From a virus (taxonomy: Duplodnaviria > Caudoviricetes), in the IMG/VR virus record IMGVR_UViG_3300024232_000019, positions 1 through 47,756 of that record: a stretch of DNA of 47,756 nucleotides; one strand, 5' to 3'. Position numbers and translations under genes: made by a program. Of the stretch, positions 16,085-25,422 are shown piece by piece; positions within the stretch are counted from its first letter, which is position 1; the number at the start of each line of letters is the position of its first letter. The notes under the pieces are model-generated. The model was not told the DNA's origin. It was given only the letters and a program-made list of their open reading frames with translations, and did no database searches.

Positions 16085-16565
16085 GAAGTTCGATCCGTTC
16101 AAGTCTCGACCCGACCCGGGGCGTCCTCTGGCGGGCCTCTCCAACGAGGAGCTTGCGGCACTGGGGGAGGAGGTCGGGGTGCATGTCGGCTTCCCGGATC
16201 CGATCCCCCCGCCGACGCCTCCTCCGCCCCCGCCCAGGGACGCCGACCCGGACGAGGAGCCTCCCGAACAGGAGGGCCATGTGCTCTCCAAGACGGTGGC
16301 GGACTGGATCGCCTTGAACTCGGGCGGGCAGGAATTCTTCCACGGCCCCCTGCCCCCGGACGTGGCCGCGATCTGGGGCCACCCCCCGCACCGGGCTGCC
16401 GACGAGGCGACGGCGCGAATCCTGATCTCCACCTGGGGCCTGGACGAGTTCAGGAGTTCCGCCCTGCACAAGACCGCCCTGGCCGAGAAGGCCCGGACTG
16501 CGAATACGGCGGGGGTCACCGCCCGTTTCAAGGCGGAGCGCGAGCAGAAGGCGAAGAGGAGGTGA
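16077..16565 (+). CDS. Hypothetical protein
   Basis: Packed in the operon. Confidence 0.7.
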   Translation: MGEKFDPFKSRPDPGRPLAGLSNEELAALGEEVGVHVGFPDPIPPPTPPPPPPRDADPDEEPPEQEGHVLSKTVADWIALNSGGQEFFHGPLPPDVAAIWGHPPHRAADEATARILISTWGLDEFRSSALHKTALAEKARTANTAGVTARFKAEREQKAKRR

Positions 16566-16768
16566 GCGAACTGTCGATGATCGAGCGCCAGGGGGCTGAT
16601 GTGGCGGTGTCCGCCTGTCCGGAGTGCTGGACTTTGCTCTGCCTGGAGCGCCCCTCCCAGGCGCAGCGCTTCGACTGCCCGCTCTGCGCAGCAGCCCTGC
16701 GCGTGAGCGGCGCCTTCGTAGAGGCGCTCGCCTACGGCACCAGCAACCGCATCCACCCGCTCACATGA
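16562..16768 (+). CDS. Zn-ribbon protein
   Basis: CPEC...CPLC; GTGA overlap. Confidence 0.7.
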   Translation: MSELSMIERQGADVAVSACPECWTLLCLERPSQAQRFDCPLCAAALRVSGAFVEALAYGTSNRIHPLT

Positions 16769-16780
16769 ACGGAGGCCGAG

Positions 16781-16858
16781 ATGGGCTACGGACTCGTTGG
16801 CATTCTCGTAATCATCCTGCTGATCCTGCTGATCATCTACTTCGCCAGACGTGCCTAG
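16781..16858 (+). CDS. 25-aa single-TM peptide
   Basis: GGAGG RBS; MGYGLVGILVIILLILLIIYFARRA; fills the gap exactly. Confidence 0.7.
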   Translation: MGYGLVGILVIILLILLIIYFARRA

Positions 16859-17047
16859 ATGAACATCAGGCTCGCGAAGTCGGGCGACGTGATCACCGTC
16901 AAGGTCGGAAGGATGGTTGAGCACGTCGACACCTTCGGCAAGGACAAGGCCCAGGTCTTCGACGCCGTCAGGTGGGCGTTGATCTCCAAGGGGGCAACAC
17001 TGTCGGAGATTCAGATCACCGAGGAGCTTCAGCGCCTCCATGCCTGA
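16859..17047 (+). CDS. Hypothetical protein
   Basis: Abuts the previous stop. Confidence 0.7.
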   Translation: MNIRLAKSGDVITVKVGRMVEHVDTFGKDKAQVFDAVRWALISKGATLSEIQITEELQRLHA

Positions 17048-17234
17048 CGAGCGGGCCATGCGCTTCGGCTACCTGATCTCGGAGATCGAGGTCAGAGCAC
17101 GACGACTGCTCGACGGGCAAGCACCCGACATCATCGCCGCGCTTGGCGTCATGCAACGTGATCTCACCGAGGCGAAGGAGATCGCAGCCGAGGTCAGCCG
17201 CGAGGCGCTCGACAAGACCGTGAGCGACCTGTGA
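17040..17234 (+). CDS. Hypothetical protein
   Basis: Overlapping coupling. Confidence 0.65.
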   Translation: MPDERAMRFGYLISEIEVRARRLLDGQAPDIIAALGVMQRDLTEAKEIAAEVSREALDKTVSDL

Positions 17235-17353
17235 GTTGGCTCGCGTTGCTCGGACTCGCCGTGCTGCTCCGGGGAGGCGGCCACGACCTGCTTGCGCTCG
17301 GTGTCGGCATCGTCGGCATCGTCTGGACGATCCAGCTTTTGAGGGCCTTGTGA
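17231..17353 (+). CDS. 40-aa two-TM peptide
   Basis: GTGA overlaps at both ends; MSWLALLGLAVLLRGGGHDLLALGVGIVGIVWTIQLLRAL. Confidence 0.55.
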   Translation: MSWLALLGLAVLLRGGGHDLLALGVGIVGIVWTIQLLRAL

Positions 17354-17985
17354 AGAAGACCCCGAACGACGTAGCCGTACCCGAAGCACAAGCGCTGGCC
17401 GAGCAGGCGAACCGTCTGTCCGCCGCGTGCTCGTTGCGTCCGTTCACGCCCGAGGAGGCCGAGGAGGCAGTGGACGTGCTGCTTGCGATCCCCGGGCTTC
17501 TGTCCGTTGTGGCGACGCTGCAACAGGAACGCGACGAGCGGCTGACGAGGGAAAGCGGCCTGGCGCTCATCGAGGAGGCGCAGCGGTGGCAGCGTGCCTA
17601 CGACGAACGGTGCCGCGAGTTGGTGGCTGTCCGGGAAGACGTAACACGGCTACGCGAAGCGCTTTCAGAAATGCGAACCTGGGCCGGAGCCTTGGAGGCA
17701 ACTCTAGGTTCAGCTAAACGAGCGAAAGCTAAAGCCATCGGGGAGTTGGCTGACGCCGCGCTCGTCGTGTCGTCGCCCCCACCCGGAGCGCCGCTGACGG
17801 AGCCGGAGGCCCATACGGCATCCACACTGCCCGCCTCCGGCTCCGTGAGCGTGTCGCCCCCACCCGGAGAACGAGCAGCACCGCATGACGACGATTTCAA
17901 CCCGAGTCCCACAGCGCACCTCCAAGGCTTCGGAGAGGCGAGCACCGCCCCCGGCGTTCCTGATGGTTCACCGGAGACAGAGTGA
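17350..17985 (+). CDS. Hypothetical coiled-coil protein
   Basis: GTGA coupling; heptad-rich middle. Confidence 0.55.
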   Translation: MKKTPNDVAVPEAQALAEQANRLSAACSLRPFTPEEAEEAVDVLLAIPGLLSVVATLQQERDERLTRESGLALIEEAQRWQRAYDERCRELVAVREDVTRLREALSEMRTWAGALEATLGSAKRAKAKAIGELADAALVVSSPPPGAPLTEPEAHTASTLPASGSVSVSPPPGERAAPHDDDFNPSPTAHLQGFGEASTAPGVPDGSPETE

Positions 17986-18188
17986 GCGCACCGCGCTGGC
18001 TCTGCCTGGAGTGCGGACGGCCCCGCCCCGTCGCCACCTGGGCGACGCCGTGTGTGTGCGGTGCGACCCTGACGGCGGAGCTAGCTGACCGTGCCGGTGC
18101 CAAACAGGAAGATCAGCCAGAGCGCGAGCGCGATCAGGAACAGGCAGATGTCACCGAGACTGAGAGTCATCGCCTCCTTCTACCCTGA
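17982..18188 (+). CDS. Hypothetical Cys-rich protein
   Basis: CLEC...CVC; GTGA overlap; 3' half overlaps an antisense ORF. Confidence 0.45.
   Translation: MSAPRWLCLECGRPRPVATWATPCVCGATLTAELADRAGAKQEDQPERERDQEQADVTETESHRLLLP
18081..18170 (-). CDS. 29-aa single-TM peptide, antisense to the late arm
   Basis: GAAGGAGG RBS; MTLSLGDICLFLIALALWLIFLFGTGTVS. Confidence 0.55.
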   Translation of the reverse strand: MTLSLGDICLFLIALALWLIFLFGTGTVS

Positions 18189-18201
18189 CGGCCGGACGGA
18201 T

Positions 18202-18435
18202 ATGTCACGCGACAGGCAACTGGTGATTCGCCAGGACGAGCGGGAGCACCTGCTCTGGGAGCATCGCGCCTACGAGCGCGGCATGACCGTCTCCGAGATG
18301 GTGCGCAAGGCCGTGGACGCCTACTGCGACGGTCACGTCGGCGTCCCCTTCGCCGCCACCTGCCACTGGCGCGAGCGGCACCGGGACGGGCACACCTGCC
18401 CCGGCTGCGGAGGATCTGCCCGGCCTGCGGCGTAA
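18202..18435 (+). CDS. RHH-like plus Zn-finger protein
   Basis: RQLVIR...GMTVSEMVRKAVD; CH...H...CPGC. Confidence 0.55.
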   Translation: MSRDRQLVIRQDEREHLLWEHRAYERGMTVSEMVRKAVDAYCDGHVGVPFAATCHWRERHRDGHTCPGCGGSARPAA

Positions 18436-18448
18436 CATCGGAGGCGAT

Positions 18449-18673
18449 GTGCCTGTCGCCGTCGCCTACTGGCCCGATGTCATCCTCGCCGTGGCCGCGC
18501 TCGTCACCGCGATCGCCGGTCTGCTCGCAGGCTGGGCGGCGCTTCGCCGCACCAAGTCGAACGCGATGAAGACGGCGGAGGAGAACTGCCTCGACCGCCT
18601 CAAGCAGGCCCGTGAGGAGGCCGAGCAGACGGCGCTCGCCCTGCACAACGAGCGCATGGAGAAGCTCGCGTGA
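18449..18673 (+). CDS. Membrane protein, holin-like
   Basis: N-terminal TM plus charged coiled tail; GGAGG RBS. Confidence 0.55.
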   Translation: MPVAVAYWPDVILAVAALVTAIAGLLAGWAALRRTKSNAMKTAEENCLDRLKQAREEAEQTALALHNERMEKLA

Positions 18674-18963
18674 AAGCCTCCCCCGGCCTGCTGCTCGCGG
18701 CCGGACTCGCCCTCGCCGCCGTCTCCGGGGGCCTCGGCGCCGCCGCGCTCGGCACCACAAGTGCCGACCCTTCCCGCACCGTCACCATCGAGGTGGGCAC
18801 CGGCGCCACCGGGCCGCAGGGGCCAGCGGGGCCACCCGGCCCGGAAGGCCCACCCGGCCCCGGCGGTGTGGGGAATTGCCCACAGGGCAGCACATTCGGG
18901 GAGGCCGTCTTCGTCCAGCAGGGCAAAGGCCCCACCACGCTACTCACCTGCATCAAGGACTAG
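18670..18963 (+). CDS. Exported protein with short collagen-like repeat
   Basis: Signal peptide; GATGPQGPAGPPGPEGPPGPG. Confidence 0.7.
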   Translation: MKASPGLLLAAGLALAAVSGGLGAAALGTTSADPSRTVTIEVGTGATGPQGPAGPPGPEGPPGPGGVGNCPQGSTFGEAVFVQQGKGPTTLLTCIKD

Positions 18964-18971
18964 GAGGAACC

Positions 18972-19286
18972 GTGACGTTCAAGCCAGCCGAAGACGCACA
19001 AGGCCCCGCCGCCAAGGCGGGCACCGGCCCCCAGACGCTCGTCGTCCCCACCGGGCAGCGCGGCGTCATCACCGACATCCACGGCTCCTCGGTCACCGGG
19101 GGGGCGGTCACGATCAACCTCGGCCCCGGTGCGCTGCCCCTCGGGATCCTGCCCGCGAACGGGCGCATCGACGCCAGTTTCGAACCGGGCGTGCTGATGG
19201 GCGACCCCGACTTCGACATCGTGCTCGCAGCCCCCGCCGACTTCAACGGCGGCATCTTCGGCTACATCACGTCCGGCTCCTCCTAG
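18972..19286 (+). CDS. Hypothetical beta-rich protein
   Basis: AGGAGG RBS, GTG start. Confidence 0.7.
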   Translation: MTFKPAEDAQGPAAKAGTGPQTLVVPTGQRGVITDIHGSSVTGGAVTINLGPGALPLGILPANGRIDASFEPGVLMGDPDFDIVLAAPADFNGGIFGYITSGSS

Positions 19287-19294
19287 GAGCGAAG

Positions 19295-20980
19295 GTGAGC
19301 ACCGCCGTCACCTCCCTGTCGGAGATCGAGAGGGTCGTCAACCTGCGCCTGCTGGAGATGGAGATCGAGCGCCGCGACGCCGCCACGCACCCCTCCCACC
19401 TGCTCGACCGCGTCACCTGCCTCGACGCCAAGACCGGCGAGAAGTTCCGCTTCCACCTGAACGACCCCGACTCGGGCTGGTACTGGCAGCGCGGCGTGCT
19501 CGACGGCTGGCTGGAGCACGACCGTTCGCTGGAGTTGAAGGCGCGGCAGATCGGGGTGACCTGGCTCGCCGCCGGGCTGGCGCTCTGGTATGCGCTCTAC
19601 CAGCCCGGGGCGAGGATCCTGATCATCTCCATCAACGAGGTGGAGGCGGTCAAGGTCGTCAACCGCATCTGGGACATGTGGCGCAGCGTGCCCGAGCACC
19701 TGCGAAACGGCAGGCAGGTCGTCAAGCCCTCCCGGGGGATCCGCCCCACCACGGAGATTCAGTGGGGCGACCCGGACGGAACCGTCTCCTCCATCCTCGC
19801 CATGCCCGCCACCGCCACCGCAGGGCACGGGGAGACGGCCACGCTTGTGATCCTGGACGAATACTCACGCCAGGAGTATGCGCAGCCCACCTGGAAGTCG
19901 ACCTTCCCCACCATCGACGGCGGCGGGCGGGTGATCGTCATCTCCACCGCCAACGGCGTCTCCAACCCCAACACGGGGGAGGGCAACTATTTCCACTATC
20001 TGTACGTCAACGCGGAGACGCTCGGGATCAACGCCAACTTCCTGCCCTGGAACCTGCATCCGCTCAGAGATCAGAACTGGTACGACACCAAGGCCAACGC
20101 GCTCCCCCCCAACGACAGGGCCGAGCAATACCCGACCGATCCCGACGATGCGTTCATCAACACCGGGGAGACATGGTTCGACGTGGAGGCGATCAATAGC
20201 TACGCGAAACACAACCGCTCCCCCGACGCCGTCATCCCGCTCTACCGGATGAGAATCATCGAGAAAATCGGGCGGGCCAAGGTGGAGAAGACCGTCAACG
20301 GGCCGATCAGGATCTACCGGGAACCCGTGCCGGAAAGGCAGTACGGAATCGGGGCGGACGTAGCCACGGGGCGGGCAGCCGACTTCAGCGCCGCCTACGT
20401 GATCGACTTCACCAACATGGAACTCGTTGCCGAATACCACGCCTCCATCGACCCCGACCTGTTCGGCACCGACCTCTACTACCTGGGCCGCTACTACAAC
20501 GACGCGCTGCTCGCCGTCGAGATGGGCGGCGGCTACGGCGAGCCGGTGATCATCAACCTGCGCTCCACCGACAGGGGCAGGCCCGCCTACCGGCGCCTCT
20601 ACCGCCACCGCGAGCAGACCAAGCTCGATGCGCCCGAGACGAGCCAGTGGGGCTTCCCCATCAACACCAAGACCAGGCCGCAGATCATCTCCGCGCTCGG
20701 CTCCGCGATCCGCGAGCGCAGCCTCCACTGGATGCCACCGGGCCTCGTCTCCGAGGCCCGCACCTTCGTCCGCGCCAAGTCCAACCCCTCGCCCCGCGCC
20801 CAGGACGGCTGCAACGACGACCGCGTCATGGCTGCCTGCCTCGCCCTGCACCTCTACTCGCTGCGCGGCTACCACCCCAACGCGAAACAGCGGCGCAAAG
20901 AGAAGAAGGAGCGCTGGCGCCAGATCGGGATCGACGGCGCCCCCTCCCCGGCCAAGCGCCGCCACGACCTCCGCCGCTAG
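19295..20980 (+). CDS. terL: Terminase large subunit
   Basis: KARQIGVT Walker A, ILDE Walker B, STANG, GADVATG, DDRVMA. Confidence 0.95.
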   Translation: MSTAVTSLSEIERVVNLRLLEMEIERRDAATHPSHLLDRVTCLDAKTGEKFRFHLNDPDSGWYWQRGVLDGWLEHDRSLELKARQIGVTWLAAGLALWYALYQPGARILIISINEVEAVKVVNRIWDMWRSVPEHLRNGRQVVKPSRGIRPTTEIQWGDPDGTVSSILAMPATATAGHGETATLVILDEYSRQEYAQPTWKSTFPTIDGGGRVIVISTANGVSNPNTGEGNYFHYLYVNAETLGINANFLPWNLHPLRDQNWYDTKANALPPNDRAEQYPTDPDDAFINTGETWFDVEAINSYAKHNRSPDAVIPLYRMRIIEKIGRAKVEKTVNGPIRIYREPVPERQYGIGADVATGRAADFSAAYVIDFTNMELVAEYHASIDPDLFGTDLYYLGRYYNDALLAVEMGGGYGEPVIINLRSTDRGRPAYRRLYRHREQTKLDAPETSQWGFPINTKTRPQIISALGSAIRERSLHWMPPGLVSEARTFVRAKSNPSPRAQDGCNDDRVMAACLALHLYSLRGYHPNAKQRRKEKKERWRQIGIDGAPSPAKRRHDLRR

Positions 20981-20995
20981 GGGCAGAATCAGGCC

Positions 20996-21337
20996 GTGCC
21001 CCCGCCGAAGCGCAGATCGAGGCCGCGCCCGCCCGCGCCGATCAACCCGCGCTTCGACCCGCGCCTCAACCCGTGGCCGCTGCCACCCGGCTGGATGACC
21101 CCGCACACGCGCCTCTTCGCGCCCCTGAACCCCGGCTTCTACCCGCCGCCCGGGAGGGAGCCGCCCGCGTTCGGCAACGCGCTCGGCTGGGGCGGGCACC
21201 CCGGCGTCGAGGGCAACCTCTTCATCGGCAAGGACAAGGCGCCGCAGACCGGCGGCTGGGTCTACGGACTGGAGAACAACTACCCTGGCCCCCGCCAGAA
21301 CCCCTATCGGGAGGGTGGCCCGACAGGGCGGGCCTGA
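20996..21337 (+). CDS. Pro-rich hypothetical protein
   Basis: ORF filling the gap after terL. Confidence 0.5.
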   Translation: MPPPKRRSRPRPPAPINPRFDPRLNPWPLPPGWMTPHTRLFAPLNPGFYPPPGREPPAFGNALGWGGHPGVEGNLFIGKDKAPQTGGWVYGLENNYPGPRQNPYREGGPTGRA

Positions 21338-21392
21338 CCCTATCCGTTCCAGGGCGTAGCATCACCCGCAAAACCTTCCAGGAGGCAAGCGC

Positions 21393-21806
21393 ATGTCGAT
21401 GATGGACCTCATGGCTCAGGGCGGCGCCCCCCCGGATCAAGCGCCGCCGCCCGACCCGGGTGCAGGCAACCCGATGGCGGCCCTGATGGGCGCAGCCCCC
21501 GGCCCAGAAGCTGCTCCGGGCGGCGCCGCACCGCCCGGAGCGGACCCCTACGCCGGGACACCCGGCCCCGAGAGCGAAGGGCCAGCCCAGGGCGACGGGG
21601 GCGACGAGTCCTCCGACTACCAGGACGCGATCACGGCGCTCACCTCGGCGCTCAACCGCCCCACCACCGACCAGCAGGAGATGGCGGAGATCCAGAAGTG
21701 CATCGCCGCCATCCAGGGCCTGCTCGGCAAGAACGAGAAGGCGCTCGACTCCGCGATGGGCACCAGTCCCCAACTCAGGAAGGCCCTCGCTGGCGGCGGG
21801 GCCTAG
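21393..21806 (+). CDS. Hypothetical protein
   Basis: AGGAGG RBS. Confidence 0.75.
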   Translation: MSMMDLMAQGGAPPDQAPPPDPGAGNPMAALMGAAPGPEAAPGGAAPPGADPYAGTPGPESEGPAQGDGGDESSDYQDAITALTSALNRPTTDQQEMAEIQKCIAAIQGLLGKNEKALDSAMGTSPQLRKALAGGGA

Positions 21807-21819
21807 AAGGAGAGAAGCC

Positions 21820-22011
21820 ATGACAGAGCCTGCGCCCGAACCCCAGGCGGCAGCCACGTTCACCCGCGCCTGCAAATGCACGCCCGGCGCCCCCGGTGTG
21901 GTCACCTTCAGCTACGACGACGCCGTCCCCTCCACCCCCGTCACCGCCGCCTGCTCCAAGTGCTCGACCTCCTCGACGGCGCTGAAGATCCAGAGCGGCT
22001 TCCAGCCCTAG
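21820..22011 (+). CDS. Small Zn-binding protein, paralog A
   Basis: CKC...YDD...CSKC...QSGFQ. Confidence 0.7.
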   Translation: MTEPAPEPQAAATFTRACKCTPGAPGVVTFSYDDAVPSTPVTAACSKCSTSSTALKIQSGFQP

Positions 22012-22019
22012 GAGGGGAG

Positions 22020-22193
22020 ATGGCGCAGACCTCCATCACCTACTCCTGCCGGTGCTCGCCCGAGGCAATCGTCTACGTCCTCTACGACGACGACCCGGAG
22101 ACGGCGAAGGACAACCCGCCCATCGCCAACTGCGACAGATGCACTACCCCTTCCGAGGCCCTGCTCTACCAGACCGGTTTCCAGACGCGCTAG
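22020..22193 (+). CDS. Small Zn-binding protein, paralog B
   Basis: CRC...YDD...CDRC...QTGFQ. Confidence 0.7.
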   Translation: MAQTSITYSCRCSPEAIVYVLYDDDPETAKDNPPIANCDRCTTPSEALLYQTGFQTR

Positions 22194-22196
22194 CCG

Positions 22197-24098
22197 GTGG
22201 CGCTCCCGACATCCACCAGCGTCTACTCGCCCAGCGAAGAGGACCGCAAGGCGATCAACCTCGTCGTCAAGGCGGTCGAGTCATGCGAAAGGGACTGGCA
22301 CGACGCCTTCTGCGCGAAGGTCGAGCAGCGCTACTCCGCCTACCGGGGGATCCGCCAGCAGGCGGAGGGCACGGCTGGCTGGCGCTCCAACGTGACCGCC
22401 CCCTATCTGCTGAACATCGTGGAGGGGATGCTCGCCACCCTGGTCGACCCGAACCCGTACATGATGGTCACCCCGATGCCGACCCCCGGCGAGGATCTGC
22501 TGGCGGTGATGGCGCGAATGCAGAACGCGGAGAAGGCGGAGGCGAAGCTCAACACCGACCTGAACCGTGACCGCTTCGCGGAGAAGCAGCGGCCCTTCAT
22601 GCAGCAGGATCTGATCGCCGGGTTCACCGTCTCCAAGCAGCACCGCCTGCGCGAGAAGCAGACGCGCAAGTACCTCTCGCTCGGGACCGAGATCGTCTAC
22701 GACGAGTTCGGCGGATCCATCGACATCGTGGACGGCCTCCAGGAGGCGATGGACGAGGGTGTCGTGATGCGCGACTCGCCCACGATGGAGGTGCGGGACG
22801 TGCGCGACTTCATGCTCCCCGGCTCGGCCACCTCGCTGGCGACGGCGCCATACCTGATCGACCGCACCTGGGCGACGATGGACACGCTGCGGCGCATGGA
22901 GGCGATGGGCGTCTACGACAACGTCGACCACTGCTCCACCACCAACGTCCCCCGCAAGGCGGCGCGTCAGCGCGAGATGAAGCTCCGCAACGTCGACAGG
23001 ACGAAGGGCCTGATCGAGGTGATCGAGTTCTGGACGGGCGAGGATGTCGTCACGGTTGCCAACAGGAAGGTGCTGCTGCGCAAGACCACCAACCCGTTCT
23101 GGCACGGCACCTATCCCTTCGTCGCCACCTCCGCCATGCCCGAGGCGTTCCAGGTGCCGGGAGTGTCGGTGATCGAGGGCCTCGCCCAGATGCAGGACAT
23201 GCTCTGGACGTTGCAGAACACGCGCATGGACACCACGCGGATGCAGGCGAACATGATCACGCTGATCCGCTCCGACGTGGACGACCCCGACGACTACGAG
23301 TGGGCGCCGCTCGCCCAGTGGATCGTGGACGATCCCAATCAGGTCACGACGCTCCAGATCGACCCGAACGTCGCCGGGGTGACGCTCCAGGCCGAGGAGC
23401 TACTGAAAGGCGACATCCAGAACATCATGGGCGGGCTGCCGTTCCAGGGCGGCGCCAACTCCGGGATCGACCAGACGACCGCGACCGGAGTCTCGATCAT
23501 CAACAGCATCGCCCAGCAGCTACTCGCCGCCCGCAAGCAGCAGTACCTGTGGGCCTACGAGCGGATCGGCACCCAGTTCCTCTCCATCTCGCAGCAGTTC
23601 ATGCGCGAGAAGGAGACGCTCACCAAGGTCGGCCCCGAGGGCGGGATGCTGGGGATGGAGGTCGACCCGCTCGACATCCAGGGCGTCTTCGACGTGAAGC
23701 TCCAGGCGGCCACCGAGTCGATGATGCGCCAGGAGCGCAGGGCCGAATGGCAGACGCTCTTGAACATGGCGCTCCAGGGCGCCGGGATCTCCGAGCAGCT
23801 TGGCGCCCCCCTCAACATCAAGGCGTTCTGGGAGAGCCTGCTGAAGAGCTACGACGTGCAGGACTCGGATCGCTACTTCCGGCCCAAGTCAGCCCAGCCC
23901 CCGCAGCAGCAGCAGGCCCAGCAGATCCCGGGCATGGGATCCCCGCCCGCGCCCGACTCTGCCGGAGGCCCGGGGGTGACGAACCCGGCGCTCGCCGCAG
24001 GCCCCTCGTCGCCATCCTCGGCCGTGTCGATGTCCCCTGTCGCCGCGCAGCAGCAGATGGCCGCGATGACGGGCGCCGGGATGAATGGCGCCGGATAA
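22197..24098 (+). CDS. Portal protein (podovirus/P22-like)
   Basis: 633 aa after terL; NPFWHG..PF, TATGVSII, Q/P-rich tail. Confidence 0.85.
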   Translation: MALPTSTSVYSPSEEDRKAINLVVKAVESCERDWHDAFCAKVEQRYSAYRGIRQQAEGTAGWRSNVTAPYLLNIVEGMLATLVDPNPYMMVTPMPTPGEDLLAVMARMQNAEKAEAKLNTDLNRDRFAEKQRPFMQQDLIAGFTVSKQHRLREKQTRKYLSLGTEIVYDEFGGSIDIVDGLQEAMDEGVVMRDSPTMEVRDVRDFMLPGSATSLATAPYLIDRTWATMDTLRRMEAMGVYDNVDHCSTTNVPRKAARQREMKLRNVDRTKGLIEVIEFWTGEDVVTVANRKVLLRKTTNPFWHGTYPFVATSAMPEAFQVPGVSVIEGLAQMQDMLWTLQNTRMDTTRMQANMITLIRSDVDDPDDYEWAPLAQWIVDDPNQVTTLQIDPNVAGVTLQAEELLKGDIQNIMGGLPFQGGANSGIDQTTATGVSIINSIAQQLLAARKQQYLWAYERIGTQFLSISQQFMREKETLTKVGPEGGMLGMEVDPLDIQGVFDVKLQAATESMMRQERRAEWQTLLNMALQGAGISEQLGAPLNIKAFWESLLKSYDVQDSDRYFRPKSAQPPQQQQAQQIPGMGSPPAPDSAGGPGVTNPALAAGPSSPSSAVSMSPVAAQQQMAAMTGAGMNGAG

Positions 24099-24372
24099 GC
24101 CGCTCACCCGCGAGGCGCTTCAGCGCGGCGACAGGCTGATCGCCCTCCAGGAGCACCCCGGCTTCGCCGCCCTGGTCGAGGAGGCGGCCAGGAAGGCGGC
24201 GCGGGACGAGAAGACCCTGACCGTTCGCGCCAAGAGCGAGGAGGGCGTCAGCCATGCAGAATGGCGCTACTGGGCCGGGTTCCAGGCCGGGATGGAGTAC
24301 CTGCTGAACCTCCCCGGCCACGCCCAGCGCAAGCTCGACAAGCACAACGACTCAGCCGGGAGTGAGACATGA
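24085..24372 (+). CDS. Small head-module protein
   Basis: Between portal and scaffold. Confidence 0.7.
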   Translation: MAPDKPLTREALQRGDRLIALQEHPGFAALVEEAARKAARDEKTLTVRAKSEEGVSHAEWRYWAGFQAGMEYLLNLPGHAQRKLDKHNDSAGSET

Positions 24373-25367
24373 ACCTGCCAGAGGCGCAGAAGCGGATCGA
24401 GGAGATCAACGAGGAGCAGGGGATGACCGACCCGTTCCCGAAGTTCGACCAGCCCGATCCTCCGCCCCCCGTCGAGGCCGCCGAGCCGGAGCAAGCCCCC
24501 GAGGAGGTCGAGGCCAGCGAGGCGGAGACGCCCGAGGCCGAGGGTGGGGGCGAGGCCGCAGGTGCGGCCAGTGTAGAGGCCGAGGATGACGACATCGCCT
24601 GGGTCAGGGCGAACAAGGGCTTCGATGTCAGCGACCCGGTCGTGGCGAAGACGCTCCGCAACCAGGAGGAGATGATCCGCCGCCAGGGCACCGAGGTGGG
24701 TGAGGCCCGCAAGCTGATCGAGCGGGAGCGCCAGGAGCGGGAGGCGTTCCAGGCGCAGATCGAGCAGCGGCTGGAGCAGGATTTCGAACCGGACGAGTCC
24801 TGGGAGGAGTGGGCCGACGAAGGGGTGACCATCGACCCGCTCCAGACGATCATCGAGGCGGGCAATGCGGGAGGCCCCGCCGCCGCCCGCTTCGCGCTGT
24901 CGCGCTGGCACGCCTACGACCCGGCGGGCGCGACCGCCTTCCAGGTGGAGGCGGCGCAGCAGCAGCAGTGGGCACAGGCCCAGCCCACCCAGACCGACGC
25001 GGACGGCGCCTGGGAGCGGGTCGGGAGCCGTCACCCAGACCTGCTTGACTACAAGGATTCCATGACGAGCCTGCTGGATGACCCGGAGACACTCGACCGC
25101 ATGAACGCGCTCGCCTCCGTCAATCCTGACGCCGCCCTGGAGAACCTCTACCTGCAAGCGCGGGTGGGGCAGACCGACAAGCAGCGGTCGGATGCGCTGG
25201 CGAAGGCGAACGCGGCCAGGGCCGCGCAGGCCGACGCCTCGGCGCGGGATGCCACCGTCGCCTCAGCGACAGCATCCGCAGGGCACGGTGAGGGGCGCCC
25301 GCTCACCGAGGCCGAGCAGGTCAGGGCGAACATTCGCGCAGAGCTTGGCCTCGTCATCCCAGACTGA
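24369..25367 (+). CDS. Capsid scaffolding protein
   Basis: Acidic, coiled-coil, directly upstream of the capsid gene. Confidence 0.75.
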   Translation: MNLPEAQKRIEEINEEQGMTDPFPKFDQPDPPPPVEAAEPEQAPEEVEASEAETPEAEGGGEAAGAASVEAEDDDIAWVRANKGFDVSDPVVAKTLRNQEEMIRRQGTEVGEARKLIERERQEREAFQAQIEQRLEQDFEPDESWEEWADEGVTIDPLQTIIEAGNAGGPAAARFALSRWHAYDPAGATAFQVEAAQQQQWAQAQPTQTDADGAWERVGSRHPDLLDYKDSMTSLLDDPETLDRMNALASVNPDAALENLYLQARVGQTDKQRSDALAKANAARAAQADASARDATVASATASAGHGEGRPLTEAEQVRANIRAELGLVIPD

Positions 25368-25422
25368 GGACACCCTTGCTTCTTGCGGTTGAACCGCAAC
25401 AAACAACCGACAGGAGCTAGAG

